DNA of 55,130 bases from a virus (Duplodnaviria > Caudoviricetes): positions 1-55,130 of IMG/VR virus record IMGVR_UViG_3300008097_000008; one strand, given 5' to 3'. The stretch's first letter is position 1. The number at the start of each line of letters is the position of its first letter. Made by a program: the position numbers and the translations under genes. This document shows positions 18,801 through 30,800 of the stretch, in pieces. The notes beneath the pieces were generated by a model, which saw nothing but the letters and a program-made list of their open reading frames with translations, was not told the origin of the DNA and did no database searches.

Positions 18801-21800
18801 TGGATATACTAATACAAACTCATTACATCCAGATGATGCATTTTTAGCATCTATTGATACTACAGGTAATTTTGCTGTTAAGAGAAAGATTGCTTCCCAA
18901 ACTTTATCTGAGAGACTAACTGATTTGTTAGTTGTTGGAGATAATGTATACTTTACTATGGAAACTGCAACTTCTGCAGACCAGCCAGATATTAATATTG
19001 CTTTTGGTAAGGCTACAATTGGTGTAAATGCTATTACAGTTGATTGGGTTAAAGAATTTAGTAATACCGTATATTCTTTGGTAAATCCTAGTTTAGCTAT
19101 TGACGAGTTTAATGAATTTTATATTACTGCAGGATGTAGAAATAAGTCTGATGATATTACTAGAGATAGTTTCTGGGTATGTAAATTAGATATAAATGGT
19201 GATATTATTTGGAATTATCGTTATCTTGCTACAGGTAGAGAAGTTCATGTTGTTGATAAGTGTGTTATTGATATATTTGGTGATCTTAACGTTGCATATA
19301 CTAAGGCAGATCAAATTACTAAGAAAACTACTGTAGGAACGATTAAGATTGGATATGATGGTACTATGAAAAAGCATAGCACTAATGAGTTTAATCTTAA
19401 GAGAATTGAAGGTATTACAGCGAAAACGGTAGGTGTAGATAATTCAGGTGATGTTTATGTTTATGGTCAAGAGCAATGGAATAGAAATGAGTTTATTCTA
19501 GACTTTGCTTCTACAATTACAGATGTTACAGGTCATTATACTCTTACTGATCAAAGTGCTAATAATTCTATACGTTATCAGAACGGTGTAGCAAAAATTG
19601 ATGGATGTAATGTACCAGCAAATACTCAAACTACTTGGGAAAATGGACATATTAAAGCATCTGCATCTGATTTAGGAACTACTTTGGATGGAGACTTTAC
19701 TATCGAAATGATGGTATACATAGATGGTCAGTCTGGTCTCCCATTTAGTTTAAGTCAGAATCTTATGACTCTATGCCAGATTGGTAGTTCTCAAGATCCT
19801 ACTGGTGGTCTTTGGTTAGGATTTGGAACTGGTCGTGGTTTAGATTTAACTATTGGTAATAATACAACTCAAATTGTTAATGCTACCGCAATTTCAAGTG
19901 CATCTTCTGTAATGCTTAATGATACTTGGATTAGTGTTGGATTGACAAAGAATGGAAATCTATTCAAGGCATATATTAATGGTATTCAGGTAATCAGTGG
20001 AACTATATCCAATACATCATTTGGTAATAAGGATCTATACTTTGGTGTTGGACCTGGATTTGGTGCTGGTGTTAATGACTTTGATAAAGATACACAAGGT
20101 CAATTCTACTTAGATGATATTAGAGTAAGGAATAGAGGAGTTGTTCCTACTTCACCAGCTGATATAAATGGTCTTCCTCAAGGATCTCAGTTTGGATTTA
20201 GTTATGCTTGGACAGATACTGCATGGTTTGCTAGTCAGATTAATAGGTATGATTACATCGATTATAATGGTTTTGGATTAAAAATTGATAAAAATGCTGA
20301 TTCTGATCGTTTAGGGGATCAAGGATTACAAACAAATACACAAATTGGATTTGCAAGAACAGATATTGCTACTGTAACTGGAACATCGTTAACTATTGGT
20401 AGTACTGGGTATGAATTAGCAGACGCTGGATTCCAATCTTTAGACTTTGATGATGCAACAACATTAATGTCTCAGGATACTGAAACATTAACATTTGCTA
20501 CTGATGTATGGAGTGCTAGAACTTCAACGGTTCCTTCTCCAGGTTCTCAGAAATTAAAAGTATCTGCTGTTGTTAAAGATAGGTATTACATTAAGCCTAC
20601 ATCCACAATTGTTATTAACAATATACAAGAACTTACCTTAAATCAGTCATTTGATTTCACAGTCGGTTCTAAATTAGTACTTCAAAATCAAAATGGTACA
20701 TTCATTAATAGTGGATATATTATCCGTAAGGATACACCCAATAAGAAGATCTATCTTGCTATTATACACAATCCTTGGACTGATGATTTGGCTAATGGTG
20801 AGTTAATTACTCAGCAGTTTAGTGAACAAGATAGTTACGGTATTATTGGTCCTGTTCCAAATGATATTAATGAAATTAAGAATTATAATTTCGTTGAAAT
20901 TAATAATACAACTCCAGGAACATTTGATATAGATCTTTCTACTTTTGATGCACCTTCTGATATTGGCGGAACTAATAACTTAGATGATTATGCAAGATTA
21001 AAAGAATTTGATGTAAATGATTATTCAATTAGGATAGATGAGGTTGCAGGTGGATCAACATATATTCCTGGATCTGTTGTTGATATTACTTCCAGTGATA
21101 TAACATTTAATACTGCTTATAGTACTTGTCAGATTACTAATTTAGCAGGTGTTTTAAAAATAACTCTAACTGCTAATTTAACAAAGATTGTTCAAGTTAG
21201 TTCTGTTTCTAATACTGATGAAGTATACGTTATTACTTCTACTAGTCATTACTTAAGTCCTGCTGAGATGATTTTGATTGATGGTAATCCAGCACAAGAA
21301 TCAGGTGGAACCACATATGATGAATATGATGGAACATTCCCAGTAGATACTGTTATTAGTCCATTAGAATTTACATATAAGTTACCACAAGTTGCTGTGA
21401 CTTCTCCATCCACATCAGCAGGATCTGTTAGTGTATTTGTTAAATCTCCTGTATTGAAGATGTATAATGGTCATCAATACTTGTTTGATTTAAGTCATTC
21501 ATCAATGGTTGGAGGTAATTTATCATTCTCTAAAGATAACCTCAATAAATTGGAGTATTCATTTAACTCTATTGAAAGAATTGGTACTCCTGGTGTAACT
21601 GGTCAAGGACAACCTACACCTACAGTTAAATTGAAGATTGATCCTGATATTGTTACTAATATTTCATATTACTTCGATCCTTCTAGAACAGGTGCATTAT
21701 CTCCAGTAATTGAAGGTAGTTATCTTGATGTTACCGATTCTCCTTATAAAGGAAATTTTGTAATTTCTAGTACTGCTGGTGCAACTATTACTGAAGGTCC

Positions 21801-24800
21801 AGATATATTTAAATTCCTTCTTGCTAATGAACCAGAAGGAAATGCTGATGTCAATCAAGCTTCTTATAGTACAAGTTCTTTAAAAGCAGTTGGTTCTATC
21901 TCAGATATTCGTATTGTTAATGCAGGTGGTTTTTATACCAAGTTACCTATTGTTACTGGTATTCAATCAACAAGAAAAATTGAAAGAGTGCAAATTAATG
22001 AACCAGGAACTGAATATGGTATTGGAGTTTATAATTCTGTTCCTATTCAAGGTGATGGTGAAGGTGGTTTAGTTAGTATTTTAGTTAACGATGGAACTGA
22101 TGATGATGGTATTACAATTCCAGGTCAGATACAAGAAGTAGTTGTTACTTCTCCAGGTAAAGCATATACTACTGCATATATTGATATAGAATCAATTCCA
22201 GGTATTCTTGGAGCTGGATTACAAGGATCTGGTGCAGAATTAACTGTTGTTATTCCTCCATTTGGTAGTGAATCATCAATCTTTACCAAGGGTGATAAAG
22301 TTGGTAAGATTAAGAAACTTAAGAATAATAACTTTGGTTATGATTATCCTCATGACTATACATTACGTCCTGAGATTACATTCCCATTGAATGCTCAGTT
22401 AACTTCTACAAGTATTCTTGAAAGTATAACTGTTACGAATCCAGGTTCTGGATATTCATTAGCACCTGCTGTAATAATTCAAGGTGGTGGTGGATCTGGT
22501 GCTCAAGGAGAAGCATCTATTAAGAATGGTAGATTGGATAATATTGTTGTTAAAGATCCTGGTGCTGGATATTCTTCTACACCAACAGTTAGTTTAAGGT
22601 CTTCTTTCAACTATGTTGTTAACTTAGACTTAGGTTTATTACAATTTGCTTATCCTCATGGAATACCTAATGGTGCTGAAGTTTCTTTATCAGTAACTGA
22701 TACTGGAGATGGGGCTGATTTCCCACTATCTGCTGGTGCTACTGGTCGTCTTAATGGCAATACTACTTATTATGCTATTTCTGGTTCGGCAAATTCACTA
22801 GAAGATGATCAATTAAAACTTGCTATTACTTTTGCAAACGCAGAATTGGGTGATGGACTTACATTTGTTAATGCTGGTACAGGTCGTCAAAGTGTATTAA
22901 CTGAGTCATTTGGTGGTACTGCAGAAGCAAATGTTATTACATCTACTTTCTTAGAAGGTGAATTGGTTTATCAGGGTGAATCATTAGAGGTTGCTACAGC
23001 AACTGGGTATGTTTCTACAAACTCTGGTTGGCAAATTGGACCTAGAGTTCTTAAGATTGTTGATCACAGTGGTGATTTTGCAGAAAATGAAAAACTAACT
23101 GGTGTTATTTCTAAGTCTTCTGGTATTATTAGTGACCTTAAAGTTGCTCGTGGTGTCCTAGATATTGGTTCTATCACTAAAACTACTGGACAATTTATTG
23201 ATGATGTTGGTAAACCATCAGAAATTATTCAAAAGATTCAAGACTCTTACTATTATCAGGACTTCTCTTATGCTGTTAAGTCTGCTGTTTCTATTAGTGA
23301 GTGGAAAGAGATTCTAATTAGGAACGTCCACCCTGCATCATTTAAGGTGTTTGGTGAGTTGAACTTAAATGAATATGGTCAGATTCCTAATAAAGATACA
23401 TTCTTCCAATTAACTAAGTCAGTTGAACTTGCTCAAGAGGCAGTTGTTCCTAATATTCAAAGTTTTGCTCTAGTTGAGCCAATATATTCAGAGTTTAATA
23501 ATACAGAAGTACTATTCAGACAGAAGAGACTAACATCTTCTGAGAATATTCTAACTTCTGTTGTACAGAGAGTTGATGATATATCAGATCTATTTGATGG
23601 TGAAAGGATAGCATTCCCATTAACTGTTGATGGTGGAACTGTTGTTGCTAATGCAAACCAGTTAATGATCGTTCTTAATGGTGTTGTACAGAACCCAGAT
23701 ACAGCATTCCAGATACAGGGTGATTCTATTGTATTCTCTGAGCCACCTTCACCACCTGCAAGTGTTAAGTATGCTAATATAACAGTAAGTCAAATAGATA
23801 CGTTTGAGTTAACATGGACTAATCAGAGTGGTATCTATCCTACTCTTGGCAATACTTTAAGTGGTACTAGTTCTAGTGCTAAATTAACTGTAACTAAAGT
23901 TATTGGATCATCTATCTTTGGTTATATTACTGAAGGAACCTTTATTGAAGGTGAATTATGTACTGTTTCTGCAACTGGATTCTCTGGTAATTTATATTCT
24001 ATAACAGCAATCGCAAATATTGGTCTATTTACTTACGGTGAAACAGTTACTAATCTTCAAGGTGATACTGCTAAAGTTGAACAAATTAACTTAGAAACTG
24101 GTGCTGAATCTCCAGTTTGTGATTTACGTTATGCTATTGGACCTTCAACTACTGAGATTGAAGTAGTTCCTGTTGATGGTACAGGACCATTACCTGCAGG
24201 TACAATTAATCTTACTGAAAATGATGGATTTAGAATTGGTTCTGAAATTATTGAAGTTAGTGATATTACAAATGGATCAGAATCTTCTACATTAACTGTA
24301 GTCAGAGGAACATTAGGTACTCAGGCTGTAAGTGCTCAAGAAGGAACTCCAGTTTATAGTACAGATATTAGTGTGACTGATAGTTTAACATTAAGTAAGA
24401 CTGCTGGTACATATCAGTCTACACCAGGTCTTTATAATATTCAATTAAATGATGTTATTATTGGTGCTAAATCTGGTGTAGTTGCTGCTGTTTCATCTAG
24501 TGCAGTATATCAAGATCCTGTTACTGGAGAGTTTATTGGTCAGGTTGATATTTCTCCTGGATCTTCATTCTTTGGATTACTATTCAACAGAATTACATCT
24601 ACATCTTATCCAAACGTAGTTATAGACGATATTTCTAAGTCTCAAATTAGTATTGTCGATTTCACTGATAATTCAACTGCATATAATACTAACTTCCCAT
24701 CAAATGAAATAGTTAGTAATTATGTTATTCCATATGGTAATGCTGTTGGGTCACTTCAAATTGGTGAAGATATTCGTAATTATAAGATTGAATATGGTAA

Positions 24801-27800
24801 TAATTCTGGAGACTTTACTGCTGGTGAAGGTGGTAGAGTTAGAAAGATATCAATGTATGATAAAGAGGGTGAAGGATTCTTTAATGCAGGTCAAATAATT
24901 AGAACTCGTGATACTAAAGCAGAAGTTATTGGATATAATCAAGCAAGAGGAATTGTATACTTAGGTAAAATAGGTAGAAGTAAGTCAAATGGTGAAGATT
25001 ATTTTGACTTTGTATTTACTGGAGATGCTCAGATTTCATCAGTACAGAAGAAGTGGGGTGATACATCTCTTAAATTAGATGGTAGTGGAGATTATATTGG
25101 TGTTGCATCTACAAATGAAATTGCTTTTGGTACTGGTGATTTTACTATTGAATGTTGGATTAGACCAGATACTGCTGCATTAGCAGGTCTTGCTGAAGTT
25201 TATGATACTAGAACATCTGATCCTGAAATCTCTGGTAGAATTTATTTAAATGGTGCTCAGATTCGTTACAATGTTAATGGTTCTGACCTTGTAACTTCAG
25301 GTTCTACCGTTATACCAACTAATAATACTTGGTATCATATTGCTGTAAGTAGATCTGGAACAACTATTAAGATGTTCCTTGATGGTGTACAAGTTGGTGC
25401 TTCTACAGATAGTAGTACATATGTTGCTAGACCTATTAGAATTGGATCTACATATCAAGCAACAAATTCATTTACTGGTTATATTGATGATTTCAGAATT
25501 TCTGATGTAGCAAGATATACTGCTGCATTTACTCCTCCTGCAGGTATATTCCAAGGAGATAATGATACTAAGTTACTATTACACTTTGATAGTGAAAATG
25601 ATGATAGATTTGTTGATGATTGGTCTGGTGGAGAATCATTTACTAATACAGAATACTTTAATAATGATCCTATTGTAGCTTCTAAACGTTATATTGGTAA
25701 TCATACTTATGTCGGTGGTACTGTATCTAATGCTGTTATTATCCAACAAGGTATAATACCAAAGGATGTAACTGATGCTACCTATAATGGTTTAACTGGA
25801 GACTTGGTATTAACCATAGGATCTCATAGTTATACAACATCAAATACAATTAAAATTGCTCATAATTCATTAACATTCACTTGTGATATGGATAATAATG
25901 CTACTCAGCATACTTATCCACGTATAACTGACCCTGTATATGATACAGCAATTGCAATTACTTCAGTAAGTGCTACTACAATTACAGTTAATGTTGGTGT
26001 AGCAATTCAACAAGGATTTGCTAAGAATAGTCACAGATATAATAATGCTGGTCAATTAATTCTTAAGAACTTAGAATTTATTGCGAAAGAAGTTGTATAC
26101 ATGATCAATCAGAAGTTCCCTAACTTTACTGTTATTGGTGGTGATGTTAATTGTGAGGATGATGTTAAAGATATCTGTAGATCTATCGTAGCAGATATGC
26201 GTAATGGTGGTAATAATAAAACTTGGCTCGCTGTTTCATACTATATCGATAGAACTGATACTGCGAATGTAAAACTACTTAACATTGAGACAGAAGTTAG
26301 AGAAACTATTTGGGCTTATAATAAACTTGATCAAATGTTAGAGTTTATTGTTACTAATAGTGAGTGGAAGCCAGTTGGTGATCATGGATTAAAGCAATAT
26401 ACTGACACATCTATTACTGATTCTTCCACATCTTCATTCACTTATAAGACACCTACTGGTGCAACTTATGATGCTGGAACTGGAGATCTCACACTAACCA
26501 TTGATGGACACAATCTATATGGTAGAAGAGCAGTAACAGTACAAGCTGGTACATCATATAATGCTGAAACTGGAATTCTTTCAGTAACATCTGCAAGTCA
26601 TCTATTCCAAAATGGTGACAAGGTAATGCTTGAGAAAGAGTCATTGACCTTTACTTGTGATATGGATGGTCATAAGACTGAGCATAAGTATCCAAGAGCA
26701 TCAGATCCAGCACTTGCTGGTTGGTTAACTGTTAGTAATTCACAAACAAATACTTTTGATCTTGATGTTGGTAAGTCACCTCTATTAGTCTTCAATCCTA
26801 CTAGTGGATCTTATGATGCATCGACTGGTCATATGAAACTTCATATTGGAGATCATATATTAACTCCAGGAACTAATATTAAGGTTGCACCTAATTCAAT
26901 TTACTTTAGATGCACAAGTGATGGATTACAAGCTGTTAAGAAGTATCCTAGAACTACAGATCCAATTGCAGGTAAGCCTACTCCAATTGCATATGATGGT
27001 GAGCAATTAAGTGCATCATTTGCTAACTATACACCTACAACAGGTGTAATGAAGATTACTGCTGGTAAGACATTCACTCCTCTTGATGCAACATATAATG
27101 CTGTTAATGGAATGATGAATTTAACCATTCCTGATCATGGAATGCAAGCTGGTGATACTGTAAGATTGGAAGATGGTGCTATAACATTTACATGTGCTAT
27201 GGATGACCACTATAGTACTCATGCTTATCCTAGAACAACTGATCCTAAGAGAGGACTTCAGTTATCTATTACTAATGTTCAAACACATTCATTCTCGGTT
27301 AATGTTGGTATTTCACCTAAAGTACAATTAACACCTAATAATGGTTCTTATGATCCATCTACAGGTTTAATGACTTTAGAATTTAATACTGCTCATGGAT
27401 TGACTGCTGGTACAAGTATTAAGATTGCAAAAGAATCATTAACATTTAGTTGTGGATTTGGTGGTGCTAGTGGCGATGCTGCTAAGAAGTCTTATCCAAG
27501 ATCTACAGACCCATTCTATGATACTGCAGTAAAGATTGAATCAGCAACTACTAATGCTATTACTGTTAAAATTCTAGAGAATGTTCCTTCAACTAACACT
27601 GATACTCATACTTGGGTTGGTGCTACAACTGGATGTATACACACTGGTGGTGATTATGAGCATATCTTCCATAGTGCTCTTACTAATGGTGTTGTTTGGA
27701 ATAAGCATGGTCTTGTTAATGGAGATAGAATTAAGATTGCTACTAATTCATTAACATTTACTTGTAACTTAGATGATCAAGAAACTGAGCATTCATATCC

Positions 27801-30800
27801 AAGATCAACAGATCCTTATAATGGAAGATGGTTAGCAGTATCTAATGTAGGTGCTAATACATTTGATGTTAATGTTGGAATTTCTCCCGATACTTCATCA
27901 CATACATTCAAGTCTGCATATACAAATGGTCTTACTAAGAGAGATGGAAGTATAACACTTGATGTTGGTAAATCTCCTAGAGTTGGATATGATGTTGCTG
28001 GTGCTACATATGATCCTCTTACTGGTGATATGGTTCTTAATGTTGGAATACATAATCTCTTAGAGAATCAAACAATACAGATTGCGGATAATGGGTTATC
28101 ATTTACATGTTCTATGGATGGTAATGCAACAACTCATAGTTATCCTAGATTAACTGATCCATCTCGTAAGCATGCACTTAATATTACTGATGTTGGTGAG
28201 ACAAGTAAGACTATAACTGGAGCAGGTTATACTCCAAGTACAGGAAGAATGACTCTTACTGTTAATGGACATAATCTCAATCCTGCTACAACACATACAC
28301 CAACTGATGCAACTTATAATCCTGCTACAGGTGAATTAGAGTTAACTCTTGTTGGTCATAGTTTTGATAATGGTGATAGAGTTCTGCTTGATGACGATTG
28401 CTTAACCTTTACCTGTGCTAAGGACAATCATCAATCACAACACACATATCCTAGAGCATCAGATCCTTCTAGTATGAAGTGGTTGTCTGTACAGAATGTA
28501 CATGTAGATAGATTTACAGTTAATATTGGTAAATCACAAGATTTAAGTGACCATAGATTTATTTCTGCTACCTCAACTTGTTTGAAGAGAGCAAAAGATT
28601 CAGTTAAATTTGATGACGATTCAATTACATTTAGATGTGATTTGGATTCTCAAGCAACTGATCATACATATCCAAGAGTAAGTGACCCTGTTCATCAGCA
28701 GTGGATTCCTGTTACAGAATCACTAGATGCTAATACTATTGTTCTTAATGTTGGTAAGTCTTCTGACACATCAACACATGTATATCAAACTGCAACTTCT
28801 GGTGGTTTGAAAGTACAAACTGGATATATTACAGTTAATGTTGGTAAGTCACCTACCGTTTCTCATAATCCATCATCAGTATCATATAATCCTGCTACTG
28901 GTAATATGGATATGACTATTGGTAATCATTACCTTCGTGGTGGATCTCAGCATACAGCAGCAACTGCATCCTATGAAGCATCAACAGGTATTATGACTGT
29001 TACTGTTGCTAATCATGGATTCTCTATTGGTGATTATATTAAGTTTGCAGAAAATAGCATTACATTCACATGTACAATGAATGGTAATGCAACTAATAAG
29101 CAATATCCAAGATCTACAGACCCATCATTTAATAAGTGGTTGGCAGTTGTAGGAATAACAACAGATACATTCCAAGTTAATGTTGGTGCTTCACCTCTTG
29201 TAAAACATAATGTAACAACTGCAACATATGACCCTGCTACTGGTCTTATTGAAGCAACTATTGGATCTCATACTCTTGAAGTTGGTGAACCAGTAATGCT
29301 TAAGGATTATGGATTTACATTTACTTGTGGTCTTGATGGAGATACAGTTGCTAAGACATATCCTAGAGAAACAGGATTTATACAGAATGCTGGTGTTGCT
29401 GACCCTGCATGGAGAACCCCTGTAGTAATTACTGCTAAGAGTGCAACAACAATTACATTTAACGTTGGTACTTCATCTGATGTAACTGCTCATAACTGGG
29501 ATGGTGGTACATCTTCAGAAGCAATAATTTCTGGTGGTGATTATAACCATACATTCGTATCTGCTTCTACTAATGGAGTATACAGAACGAATGAAACTGT
29601 AATGATTGGCGAAGAGTCTATGACCTTCACATGCGACTTTAATGGTGATGGTAATAGTACTGAGAAGAAATACCCTAGAGCATCAGGTTCTAACGCTCCT
29701 GGTGGTGCTGACTATGCATATAACAAACCTGTTCCTATTACATCTGTAGGAACTAATGCACATACACCAACTTTAGCAACATATACTCCTGCTACTGGTG
29801 TTATGAACATTCAGTTAGTAAATCATGGATTCGCATTATCAACTAACCATACAGTAACTGCTGCAACATTTACACCTTCTACTGGTGTAATGAAACTTAC
29901 TGTTGCTGGTCATGGTTTCCAAGAAGGAGATAGAGTTAAACTTGCTGATGGATCTTTAAAATTTACATGTGCTAAGGATGGTAATGCAAGTAATCATGAT
30001 TATCCTAGAGCATCTGATTTTGCAAGTAATAGATGGTTACCAATATTCAATGTAAGTAAAAACTTCTTTGAAGTTAATGTTGGTAACATGTTTGGTCCTG
30101 CACCAATTTCACATACAACTACACACGCATTTGTATCTGCTGTTGCTAATGGATTAACTAAAGCAAATTCTGCAGTTAAACTTGTTGAAAATGCATTAAC
30201 ATTTACATGTACTAAAGATAGTGGTGCTTCTGAGCATTCATATCCAAGAAGAACTGATCCATCATTCGATGAGTGGTTACCACTAAGTAATGTTCTAGCA
30301 GATTCATTTGATGTTTATATTGGTAAATCTAGTGATTTATCAACTCATACATTCGTATCAGCTACAACTGGTGGAATGCATTCACAGTCTGGTGTAATAT
30401 CATTAAATGTTGGTATATCTACAGATACAACTGCACACAATTATGTTGCTGCAACTAAGTTAACACCTACTAATGCTGCTTACAACCCAACTACAGGTGT
30501 GATGACTATCACTGTTAATGATCACAACATGGCAAATGGTGAGCAAGTTATGATTGATGATGGTGCTATTAAGTTAAGTTGTGCATTTGGTGGTGCATCT
30601 GGTTCTGCTGCACAGAAGGATTATCCTAGATCATCTGACCCTGCTAGTGGTAGATGGTTATCTGTTTCTAATGTTTCTACTAATTCATTTGATGTACAGG
30701 TATTGGATGTAGTTCCTTCTACAAATACTGATACACATTCATTTGTATCTGCTGTTTCTAATAGTATTACTAGAGGTATTTTAAGAACTGGTGGTAATCA

